DNA from: Pecten maximus
Taxonomy: Eukaryota
Assembly: GCF_902652985.1 (NCBI RefSeq)
Contig: NC_047031.1
Coordinates: 15,004,001-15,068,000, forward strand
DNA: 64,000 bases
Direction: 5' to 3'
Shown here piece by piece: positions 22,501-32,315 of this stretch. The notes below the pieces were generated by a model, which was not told the origin of the DNA, did not search any database, and was given only the letters and a program-made list of their open reading frames with translations. The stretch's first letter is position 1; every line of letters begins with the position of its first letter. Both the position numbers and the translations under genes were made by a program.

Positions 22501-23870
22501 AACCACATTCGTACATTATGTACACGGACTGCAATAACTTGTACGGGAAAGCCATGTCAGAACCGTTACCCATAGGTGGGTTTCGGTGGGTCGAAAACCC
22601 ACAATCATTTGATATAACCAAAGTCTCCAAAAACGGAGATCTGGGTTACGTACTGGAAGTAGATCTGGAATATCCAGACGAACTTCACGACAGCCATTCC
22701 GATTACCCCCTCGCACCGGAACGTAAAACAGTCTCAGACAGCGAATTATCACTAACGAGTAAACAGCTGTGGAAAACCTTACATCCTAGCACTAAACACA
22801 CCGATGATAAATTACATGGACGGGTACCGACGGAAAAACTGATTCCCACGCTAGAAAACAAGACGAAATACATCTGTAATTACAGAAATCTGCAGTTGTA
22901 CCTGGAATTGGGTCTAAAAATAACCAAAATCCACCGAATCCTAGAATTCAAGCAGACACCTTGGCTACATCCATACATACAATTCAACACCTCAAAAAGA
23001 GCGTCCTGTAAGAACGAGTTTGAGAAAGATTTCTTTAAACTCATGAACAATGCCGTATTTGGCAAGACGATGGAGAACGTGCGCTCCAGAGTCGACATCA
23101 AGCTGGCACACACGGAAAAGAAACTAAAAAAATACGTGGCAAGGCCTTCGTTTAAAAGATTTACCATCTTTAACGAAGATCTAGTAGCCATCCAGAACGA
23201 CAAAGTCAAACTCGTACTAAACAAACCCGTATATGTTGGACAGACCATTCTAGATCTATCCAAATGTATCATGTACGAGTTTTATTACAAGTACCTAAAA
23301 CCCAAATATGGACATGGAATCAAGCTACTCATGACGGACACGGACAGTCTTTTGTATCACGTCCAATGTCCAGACGTTTATGACGACATGTATCGGGACA
23401 GACATCTGTTCGATCTGTCCAATTATCCGGTCGAACATCACTGTCACGACACGAGAAACAAAAAGATACCGGGATATTTCAAGGACGAAACGGGAAGTGA
23501 GCCCATTGCAGAGTTTGTAGGACTTCGCGCCAAAATGTATTCTTACGTGTACGCCGTGAAAAATAGAACTGAAATAGAAAATCTGGTAGTCCGATGGAAC
23601 GAGATAAAAGAAAAACAGGTAGCTAAAGGTGTTGCAAGAGCAACCATCAGACGTGATCTCAGACACGAAATGTACAGAGACTGTTTATTTGACAACAGAA
23701 CGATAATGACCAAAATGAATTCCATTAGAAGCGACAAACACCAGTTGTACGTTTACACCGTCAACAAATCGGGTCTCTGCGCTTTTGACGACAAACGCTG
23801 GGTCTTACCCAATCGGTATGACACGCTTTCATTTGGTCATTATATAATTTCCGCCATGGGATGGCAATAA
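19590..23870 (+). CDS. polB: Protein-primed family B DNA polymerase with three N-terminal C2H2 fingers and an endonuclease VII-like insert
   Basis: YADFE, FHNLKRFD, DHCHLSGKFRGAAH, YTDCNNLYG, KLMNNAVFGK, MTDTDS; open for 1426 aa. Confidence 0.97.
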   Translation: MAAQYFDDLLDSVSNGDENAIQTVRNLKRILNSIDLSPVKKNRREDDVLKDRQNVNTCDQCGKQYSTDEKLKAHMKRHFRQLPCTICGKIFKDSGNLKTHLISHKNQSSYKCHVCDKSFTRKYNMKMHVKSKHGLTGGDLPNPSSSRIPEHFNTNTPIPSRIQSPQPGPSDVQSPQPGPSDVQSPQPSPSDVQSPQPGPSDVQSPQPSPSDVQSPQPGPSDVQSPQPGPSDVQSPQPGPSDVQSPQPDPTGSQPTGEHTHSDDVSLQGNANVRNIYPNFSDDGDILTFFASSKTEVMYHLKRLCERLKGIKWYLNIRVSLEKETREGNVVQTTPHFLSKAYILMPNESDLEHDVNTAYQKMFASFEEFVRKGSAWVLKKIIKLEIHVAKYSPLSGSSYIPTPTTFRTHKLVNVLNRDEKCFLWSILASLHPTDTSPERISHYEMYESELDMTGIQYPVSISQVQKFERQNDVSVNVFGLEDNTIYPMYVTKTKQSRHHTNLLFLQEGAKTHYCLIPNLNMFLSRTKKCHSLTHFCQHCLQGFTSSVLLNKHVELCSTHRTQRVEFPGDDALLSFEDFQKQMKVPFVIYADFETFVEQMDSCEPNPDLSSTTKNIKFEPCGFGYKVVCMEDRYTKPPVIYRGADVSKTFLECIIEEEKHIKDVLGQPEPLVMSLQDEQSFMESTRCHICGKHFTEQSTVVRDHCHLSGKFRGAAHNECNLKYKYPTHIPCVFHNLKRFDAHILTESMGLFKDREIHCIPNTTEQYISFSLGDIRFIDSFQFMPQSLETLTENLAKEGLVKFSNFSKAFTETEAKFLLRKGIYPYEYVDTADRFLEQKLPPKKKFYSSLSRSHVSDADYAHAQTVWEKMDIRDLGQYHDLYLKTDVLLLADVFENFRNMCLDYYGLDAAHFYTSPGLAWSAALKMTRVRLELIRDPDMYLFFENGVRGGVSMISNKYGQANNPYIPETYDLSQPHSYIMYTDCNNLYGKAMSEPLPIGGFRWVENPQSFDITKVSKNGDLGYVLEVDLEYPDELHDSHSDYPLAPERKTVSDSELSLTSKQLWKTLHPSTKHTDDKLHGRVPTEKLIPTLENKTKYICNYRNLQLYLELGLKITKIHRILEFKQTPWLHPYIQFNTSKRASCKNEFEKDFFKLMNNAVFGKTMENVRSRVDIKLAHTEKKLKKYVARPSFKRFTIFNEDLVAIQNDKVKLVLNKPVYVGQTILDLSKCIMYEFYYKYLKPKYGHGIKLLMTDTDSLLYHVQCPDVYDDMYRDRHLFDLSNYPVEHHCHDTRNKKIPGYFKDETGSEPIAEFVGLRAKMYSYVYAVKNRTEIENLVVRWNEIKEKQVAKGVARATIRRDLRHEMYRDCLFDNRTIMTKMNSIRSDKHQLYVYTVNKSGLCAFDDKRWVLPNRYDTLSFGHYIISAMGWQ
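20074..20331 (+). repeat. 30-bp coding tandem repeat (QSPQPGPSDV x8 plus partial) in PolB
   Basis: Unit TCCAGTCGCCACAGCCGGGTCCGTCCGACG. Confidence 0.97.
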
Positions 23871-24164
23871 AAACCGAACCTCAAATATAGTTTCACAAAT
23901 ATTTATTTCAATTATCGGACCGAAGTCGTCATGTAAAATATTCGCCAAACTCGTTCATCATTGGTGTCGTTTACCAACTAAATTACGACATTATATAGAA
24001 AAGAAAGTTCCAATTTAAAATCAAAAATTTAAGTTTATAAACACAAAGTTGTTAAAAAATAATAAAGTATTCAATTTAGATATAAATGTAGACAGAAAAA
24101 TCACATGGATAGTTTTATTGTTAATCTAAAACAAAACGTTGTATTTAAAAGTCAAAACAAAGCT

Positions 24165-24580
24165 CCTATTTAAAATCAAAAAGTTTCAAAACAAAGTTTC
24201 ATTTTAAAATAAAAAAAAAAAAAACAAAGTTTCATTTTAAAATAATAAACACAAAGTTTCAATTTAAAATCAAAAAGTTGAAAAAAAAAGGTTTTAAAAT
24301 AAAGTTTCAATTTAAAATCAAAAAGTACAAGTTTCATTTTAAAATCAAAAAGTATAAGTTTCATTTTAAAATAAAAAACACAAAGTTTCAATTTAAAATC
24401 AAAAAGTACAAGTTTCAATTTAAAATCAAAAAGTATAAGTTTCATTTTAAAATAAAAAACACAAAGTTTCAATTTAAAATCAAAAAGTTGAAGAAAAAAA
24501 AAGGTTTTAAAATAAAGTTTCACTTTAAAATCAAAAAGTACAAGTTTCAATTTAAAATCAAAAAGTATAAGTTTCAATTG
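24165..24580. repeat. AT-rich degenerate tandem array (about 27-30 bp)
   Basis: AAGTTTCA(A/T)TTTAAAATCAAAAAGTA units. Confidence 0.9.
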
Positions 24581-24629
24581 GTGAAGAAATTCAAAATTAA
24601 TGTTCAAGTCAAATGTATGAGAGACATCA

Positions 24630-24862
24630 CTTAAAGGTTACGTGATTATTATATATTCCAAGGTATGAGAGGTATCATTTAAAGGTTACGTGATTATTAT
24701 ATATTCCAAGGTATGAGAGGTATCATTTAAAGGTTACGTGATTATTATGTATTCCAAGGTATGAGAGGCATCATTTAAAGGTTACGTGATTATTATGTAT
24801 TCCGAGGTATGAGAGGTATCATTTAAAGGTTATGTGATTATTATGTATTCCAAGGTATGAGA
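24630..24862. repeat. 47-bp tandem repeat, about 5 copies
   Basis: TTAAAGGTTACGTGATTATTAT(A/G)TATTCCAAGGTATGAGAGGTATCAT. Confidence 0.93.
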
Positions 24863-25260
24863 GGGATCTATTCTGAATTATGAGAGACATCATGTGAAGT
24901 TTAAAAGGGTACAAGAGGTATCATGTACGCTACAAACTCTGGTGTTAATTAATAGTAAGAGAAATTTTCATATGAATTAAAAATATATCAATATTCTGAA
25001 GAGAGACATCAATTAAAGGTTACGTATTCTTAAAGGTTACGTATTCTTAATGATAGATCACGTGTTGCCATATTTTAATTTACAGTTGATGTATTAAACG
25101 ACATCTGTTCTTACGTAAACAGGTTCGTGTGTGTATAGAGAATGTAATTATTCTACAAAATAACATTGCTTACATTTCCATGTTATTAATTCATTTCACT
25201 TATGTTTTGTATGAAGTCACTGTATTTTCTCAATAAAATGATCATTAAGCCAAAAGTTGT

Positions 25261-25623
25261 TTAGTTCTCCCTACATTCTGAGATACAATCAAACACCGTC
25301 TCTTCATTATACGTGCTAAACACGACTTCTACTTTACAATAATATCGATGTCTGGTTAGCCTTTTCATTTGGGAACGAACTCTCCCATATTTCAACTCTA
25401 CTACACTGTCGACAAAGAAACGAGTTTCGTTTCTGAATTCTGGATAGCGCCTCATTATGGCTTTTACAAGATAACGATAGATGACAGATCGACAGATGTC
25501 GACCTCGTGACAACCGAATAAGATACTGATGAAACATAGATTAGTAGCACAGTACGATGTATCTCTTAATAATACATCCCCGTTTAAATCTACGAGCGAC
25601 TTAGTGAGACGTTTACGATACAT
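25261..25623 (-). CDS. Conserved 120-aa Polinton accessory protein, unknown function
   Basis: Full-length diverged homologue at 59076-59436 in the same position relative to PolB. Confidence 0.8.
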   Translation of the reverse strand: MYRKRLTKSLVDLNGDVLLRDTSYCATNLCFISILFGCHEVDICRSVIYRYLVKAIMRRYPEFRNETRFFVDSVVELKYGRVRSQMKRLTRHRYYCKVEVVFSTYNEETVFDCISECREN

Positions 25624-25680
25624 TATTGAGAGACGTCGATATTATTGTATAATAGAAATGCTATAAGAGAGATAACTCGC

Positions 25681-26296
25681 TTATTGAAACGATGACTGCA
25701 GATATTGGTCAAATTCATCTGCATAACTGTTATTTCCCGCTCCTGCTCCTGACTGGCTCTTGCGAGTATATGGATGCATTCTCCTTTCAGCTACCTGTAG
25801 TAAGAAAGCAATGTAACTAGAACACCAACAGTAGTAAATAATATATTGACGGATGTTTAAATTCGATAATTAACTTACAAGTACGTGTCTTACATCACTA
25901 CTGCCCTGTTCAGGCTTCGGCTTGCTCTCCTCTTGATTTTGACCCTGTGGAAGAATTGAATTAATTTGTACAATGTGCTGTTTAAAATTACATTGAAGCT
26001 ATAAATTGATGATATACATTGTGCTGTTTATAGAAAAATACACTTACCTGATTAATCAAATAGAGGTTATCCTCCAGGTTCCCCCTAAGGTCCGTCAAAT
26101 CTTGATATTCATCAAGTGTTAGGGGTAGGTAGTACTTCTTCTCCTTCTTAGTAATATGCACATAAACCACTCCGTTGAAGAGATTTACGGATATACTAGT
26201 TTGACTATTTAATCTGCTTGACAAGGATGTTTCATTCGAACCATCTTTCTTTGTATGACTCGTAAGTTCAAATTTTCCGTAGATATTTTGTTCCAT
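25681..26296 (-). CDS. Three-exon PC4-like protein (exons 26296-26048, 25944-25879, 25794-25681)
   Basis: ISVNLFNGVVYVHI..LPLTLDEYQDL; two GTAAGT..CAG phase-0 introns; last exon VAERRMHPYTRK..SSFQ*; TATAAAA and CCAAT upstream. Confidence 0.75.
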
Positions 26297-27018
26297 TTTT
26301 GCGCCAGAAGTGACGGTTAGTGGGGTTTGCGCGCTTTTTTATATCACCGATATGGGTGTGAAACTGGGTAGAATCGAAACGACCAATGAAAACCTAGAAT
26401 GGTGAATGTTTAAAATTTTAAATGGTGTTTTCTTGACAAACCGGTTTTTTTTTCTCCACACGACACTTGTGTAACACATTTAATTTTACACTGTGTCAGC
26501 ATTCAGCTCATATGATTCTGTTACGTATACAATTTCGTGTACAACAATTTTATTTTTCTCATTTAAACATATTTATTGTTCTAAATATTAAGGATTGGGT
26601 AAAAGTTATTACAATTTATCGGTACCTTTTACTCTAATGCAGTACATACATGATAACACTTTAATGAAGCATACAAAATTAATACATAAAACCTGTTGCT
26701 GGATTTGATGAAAATTTGCACGGGTTTTCAAACTTCTGTATCAATGGATAGATTTCGATTTTCAGAAAAAAAAAAACTTAATAAATTTATAGATCGTTTT
26801 CACCATTTAGTCAGTAAAATTGTTGTAAAAATGTTGTAAGGCTTTTTTTTTTTTCAATCGATACTTTTTAATTGACGACTTTTTATATTAAATAGTGAAT
26901 TGAAAAATTCTGATTAGGTTAAAGCTGTCACCGTATTCCGGAAAACAGAATTTGGCGGTAATTCTGCACGTGCAAAGCGTGAAACTGAATCGGGTAACTA
27001 GTCCAGTGATGAGCAAAG

Positions 27019-29694
27019 ATGGCTGCAGTACTGCTCTTGCTATTATCGCTCGTACTCGAGGTAGAGGGGTGTATCAACACCCCTCTTCTCTATGCATGCA
27101 ATGTGAACAGAGATGACACGACTCTTGACGTTTTTTATTGCACTATGAATGAGGAATGGTTGGCCCGGGGGGTCAACACGACGTTCACGTTGTGTTGTGG
27201 TCCGGCGCCCCCGGATCAACCATACATCATCATCACCCATTGGCAAGCTGGCGACCGTCTCCTGGGGGAATGCATACATTACTTCCCCCACATCAAGATC
27301 TACCCCCAGGTGGATTGTGACATGGTGGAGGGGTTGGTGGATAATTGTGTAAGTACAATCTATTCTGTTACTAGAAAATAGTTTGTGTATATATAATATC
27401 ACCTAATCGGTTTTACCGTTTAAATATCTATTCAGGTCAACACTTGTACCTTACAAAATCTGACCTCTGTCAGGTGCAGATACAGGAATTTAAGTTAGAT
27501 GGGGTGTGATAATTAATTTTCAGATCCATGAGGAGACCCCCACCACGGTCCATGAGGAGACCCCCACCACGGTCCATGAGGAGACCCCCACCATGGTCCA
27601 TGAGGAGACCTCCACCACGGTCCATGAGGAGACCTCCACCACCGTCCATGAGGAGACCCCCACCACGGTCCATGAGGAGACCTCCACCACGGTCCATGAG
27701 GAGACCTCCACCACCGTCCATGAGGAGACCCCCACCACCGTCCATGAGGAGACCTCCACCACGGTCCATGAGGAGACCCCCACCACCGTCCATGAGGAGA
27801 CCCCTACCACGGTCCATGAGGAGACCCTCACCACGGTCCATGAGGAGACCCCCACCACCGTCCATGAGGAGACCCCCACCACCGTCCATGAGGAGACCTC
27901 CACCACCGTCCATGAGGAGACCTCCACCACCGTCCATGAGGAGACCCCCACCACCGTCCATGAGGAGACCTCCACCACGGTCCATGAGGAGACCTCCACC
28001 ACGACCGCGGTGAAGGTGCTGTTGGTTTTGGCAGTACTACTACCATTGATGTTTAGTATGTATAATCTCATACTTTCTTTTTAATGTGGTCTTGGTCAGT
28101 TTTTTTTTTTTTTTTTTTTTTTAATGTTAGTAAAATACAATATCAGTGCTTTCCAAAAACATCTGACAAATATGATGAAAGCTCATTTGGCTCGATAATA
28201 AGTAAATATATCATAAGCATGAACAATAGCCATGTACATTTTCGATCCAACAGAATTTTCTCAGACAACTTTCAGGATTCTGAAAAAAAAAAATTCATAC
28301 ATTTTAGTCAAATGCTCTTAACTGAGAAATAATGTATTCCTTTCCAGTTTTAGTCTTCCTGCTGATTAGGCGAAGGGCTTACAGGGGTCACAAGCCCTAT
28401 AGGATGAGGGAAGAAGGAGACATCTGTAAGTATTTCACATAAGATTTTGCCTTTCATGAATCTGTAATGTAAACAAACTATCTCTCCTGACTAATTCATA
28501 ACATTTCATCATCTATCATTGATCATTTTAACCTAGATGTTATGAGAGTTTCCTGTATCAATGATGATTGTGTATGTATTCCAGTCTGGTATTTCAGTGA
28601 GTTGTCTCCCCTAGATCATAAAAGTTTTGTTCTGTTTTCAGTCAGCATTGAAGATCAATCTGATACAAGTAAGTTAATTTTAATTCCTAATGACGGTTAA
28701 AACATATTTTAAGGTTTTGGTAATCAGATGCTAAAAATTATTTTGCTAGAGTCTCCTTCAGTCTTGAAGAAATAACAATTGATAAAAGTACAGGTAAACA
28801 GTAACACTAGACTCGCCAGTGCTGCTACCAACTATTCAGCTTTTTTCATCAAAGCTTGGTCAGCTTCACATGTCTCAAGGTTAATAACTATAGCTGAATT
28901 ACCAAAATATGATGATCATGATCATTTTTCTGTCAAAATATGGAACAGCGAGTTCAGACAAAGATTTGGATCTCTTGGACTTTTTTATCTGAGAAAATGA
29001 GCTTCAGCTTAAGGAATTTTCAACCTCCGAGTAATGTGTATACATTTCTGTTATTTTGATTCTATAGTATGTGTATTATTTTAATTGTAGTCGAAATGAA
29101 CAGACTGGACCCCCCTCCCTCTGACCATTATGAAGATTCAGGTAATTAACTACTTATAAGTTGATAGCAGTGTTAAATATATTTCATGAATATGAATTGT
29201 GTGTATTTACCTTGTAGAATTATGTCTGCCTAGTTTTGACCAATAACAAGGTTTGATATCTGTATGACATTATTTATTTTATATTGTAGATGAGACCATT
29301 CCGAAGATGGTGGAGTCATCAATTGATGGTATGTATATTGGATAATTATGGTCAGAAGTGTTTATACTGCGGTTAATTTACTTATTCGGTATTATTTATA
29401 TCTGATATTATTTGATTTAATTATGGTGAGTAAAAGAGTAGTTGATTTATTTGGTATTATGTTACAGTTTCACAGATTGACTTGCCGCCCTCCTCCTCCT
29501 CCTCCTCAACTGACACACACACAGGTAAGAATTTTATAAGTTCGAAGAGTTAAATTCCTCTAGTAAACAATTTCCTGAAATATTTCAAAGCATCTTCATC
29601 ATACCTTACCACTTAACCAACAGATAATAATTTGTATGTTATAGTTGTGGAGGTGGAGCCCATCTGGCTGAGAAGTGGGAGGAGGAAGCATTAA
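27019..29694 (+). CDS. Multi-exon type I membrane glycoprotein GP1 (signal peptide, Cys domain, mucin-like stalk, TM, acidic tail)
   Basis: In-frame GT-AG exons 27019-27348, 27524-28055, 28348-28425, then 29091-29141, 29290-29328, 29468-29524, 29645-29694; three small exons in 28537-28792 have uncertain phase. Confidence 0.78.
27527..28006 (+). repeat. 24-bp coding tandem repeat HEET(P/S)TTV x20
   Basis: Unit CATGAGGAGACC(C/T)CCACCAC(G/C)GTC. Confidence 0.97.
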
Positions 29695-29905
29695 GGAGTA
29701 AGTTTTTTTCTTTATAATTCTCATTCACATGCTTGTGTAATCACTTACACCGTACGCTTTTCTGTGATGTTTTCAATTTAATAATTCATTTGAGTGGATA
29801 GTGTGTACAATACATTACTACTTATTCAATATAAAATGGTAAATAATCTGTTTGTATGTTTTAGGAAGGAAGACGACAAAAGAATTTGGATTTTCTGATT
29901 GTGTG

Positions 29906-29943
<38 letters not shown>

Positions 29944-31317
29944 GGTGATTTATGTGTATACATATATATAATAAGCTTTTCTGTGATGTCTTTTAATGTG
30001 GTAATTCATTTTAGGTGGGTGTATGAGAGTGTATGTATGTGAGTGTATAAGGATGTGTGGGAGGGTGTGTATGAAGGTAAGAGTCTGTGCCTTTTAATTT
30101 ACACCAATGATTTTTATACCAATGTTTAATTATATCTTATTGTGATTTTTTTTATACCAATGTTTAATTATCTATCTAATTGTGATTTTTATACCAATGT
30201 TTAATTATATATTTTGTTGTGATTGATACTTATTCTAATTCTCAGGGAGAACATGTGTGTCCATTTTAGTTACGTGTACCAAATAAATGTTTTGATTCGT
30301 AATCTATGTTTTCTTGTTCTTAATGTTTACTCAACAGTCGAGATTTGTATATGTAGATTCATTGATATATTTTACATACCTTGTGAAGAGTGAACGTTAT
30401 CAGTTTCCCTCATTGGGAAACATGTGTTGGATTTGGATGACGCTAGTCTTCATACCTCGGAAGTAAATCAGTGTTTTGAACGGCGCCATGTTTACGTGTA
30501 GAACATGTGGGATGCGGTTAACGTCCTTGACATTGACTTCACGGTGTATTGGTTTTGGACGATGCCACTCTACATACCTCGGGAGGGGGATCTGTGTTTT
30601 TGGACGATGTTATGTTTATGTGGTATGACTCGTACTGCTTCTCAAAATAGACTGTCTATTTCATAACAAGATCTAGATTCCTTTATGTATTTTACATACC
30701 TCGCGAAAAGTGAATGTAATCGGTTTCCCTCTGTAACGTCTCGGACGACACCATCCGTGTTTTGGACGACGCCATGTTAACGTCCTTAATACTGACTTCA
30801 CGGTGTATTGCTTTTGGACGATGCCACTCTACATACCTCAGGAGGGGAATCGGGGTACATGTATGGTTCAACGCTCTCTCGGATAGGCACTTGTGTGCTT
30901 TCTCAAAATAGACTGTCGATTTCATAACAAGACCAGGACATTACTTTGAAAACGTGGGGCACTTTATTATACATTTTACTGTGCATAGTCTAGTGATACC
31001 CGTTTACACAGGTTAAATAAAAGTTGAAGAAGGTCTCTCAGCAAAATGCTAAGTACGTTTATACAGCATAGCAGTTTCAACTTCCAATTTCTTATTTATA
31101 AACATGCCTCCCCATCATGTATTCAATCATTTAAATATTATTGGTTAACATTATTTTCCCCCCCTTTAATTCCGTTATTGTCTTGCTATGTCGACTCCCA
31201 TCTCCATTTATCATATTTACCGATTGGTATTTATGATTTTACAGGCTTTGGACTGTCTGACATTTATTGTCAGGCTGGATTAGAGTCGTCCGTCCGTCTG
31301 TCTGTCCGACACTCTTG

Positions 31318-31614
31318 CTAGTTATGTTTAGCTAGCAAGATTTGGACAACTTCCCCGTAAGGAAGGTTGTCCTGTTGTCGGACCTGCTCCACCCACTCCC
31401 GGGTCTCTTTAACCATAGAAGGGGAAAGCATTTGTTTGCTTTCCACCCTCACAGGCATTAATCTGTCTTCATATTCATATCGAGGACCATTTATTTCCTC
31501 TCTATGCATGGTGACACATAGTTGTAGCTCTCTATGGAGAGCTGCAACTTTATTTTTTCGAAGAAACAAAAGAATTCTCCGAAACCTTTCAAGAGGTGAT
31601 GTTTGAACATCCAT
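31318..31614 (-). CDS. Hypothetical protein (about 98 aa)
   Basis: Protein-like composition, GC-richer than flanks; no homologue recognised. Confidence 0.4.
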   Translation of the reverse strand: MDVQTSPLERFRRILLFLRKNKVAALHRELQLCVTMHREEINGPRYEYEDRLMPVRVESKQMLSPSMVKETREWVEQVRQQDNLPYGEVVQILLAKHN

Positions 31615-31754
31615 GATCCCCTTAAAAGTGATTCTACACAAAACTTAACTATCCGAGCAACACTCGACCTTGCAAAACGCACTAATGTATAGTTTCATTC
31701 GATATTGCCTGATCCAATTTCAGGTAATTATCGCTACTTTTTACCAATCTATTT

Positions 31755-32215
31755 TCTCGGCAGGACAGTGTCGGGAGGTGACGGTATACGTTCTGTTCGC
31801 ATCACCTTGTACTGACACGTACATATCAAGACTTCATCTTTATGTTGATGACCACCGAGGTGTGTAATTATTAATATTATCTCGGCACGACAGTGTCGGG
31901 AGGTGACTGTACGTTCTGTTAGATCAACGATCGTGTACTGACACGTACCACCGTGTCAAGACTTCATCTTTATGTTGATGACCACCGAGGTGTGTATTAA
32001 TGGTCTTGGGTTACCGTGGTAGCGATCACCGGGGAAAATGATCCGGTTTCATCTCTATTTGAATAGAGTAAAAAACTAACATGTTAACATGCTAGCTGCT
32101 CTTACATGCTAAACTAACCTGTTACATGCTATCAACAACTAACATGTTAACATGCTAGCTGCTCTTACATGCTAAACTAACCTGTTACATGCTATCAACA
32201 ACTAACATGTTAGCA
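31755..32215. repeat. Two short tandem duplications (about 125 bp x2; 63 bp x2.3)
   Basis: 31755-31866 versus 31880-31996; AACTAACATGTTAACATGCTAGCTGCTC.. units at 32074-32215. Confidence 0.88.
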
Positions 32216-32315
32216 TGCATGTTTGAACACGCCTAAAATACTACTACTCTTTGCGTAAGTGTTGTCCCCCTTCCTAGCCCAGGGCATGCGCATTAGACTC
32301 AATTAGGAAAAAACA

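Larger units (their letters stand above)
12190..32250 (+). mobile_element. Polinton/Maverick copy B with an open core gene set (left end in gap; right end uncertain)
   Basis: Integrase, penton, core, MCP, protease, ATPase and pPolB all open; accessory genes on both sides; candidate terminus (ACT)3CT at 32240-32250. Confidence 0.9.

Noticed and set aside
24176-24634. Lys/Phe-rich ORFs on both strands
   Set aside because: Low-complexity AT repeat; frames not kept in copy B2
27470-28071. [14 protein letters not shown] and WTVVEVSS repeat ORFs (also 43998-44671 and alternative frames of the PolB 30-bp repeat)
   Set aside because: Stop-free shadow frames of tandem repeats; only the HEET frame links to splice sites and a TM
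29348-29539. Poly-Pro ORF (and poly-Ala/Val/Thr ORFs at 51871-52136)
   Set aside because: Wrong frames; splice phases give poly-Ser in GP1 and poly-Gln after RMHPY
32074-32215. p53-like response elements (many ACATGY)
   Set aside because: CATG cores are spaced 8 bp, not 10, and flanks miss the RRRCWWGYYY consensus
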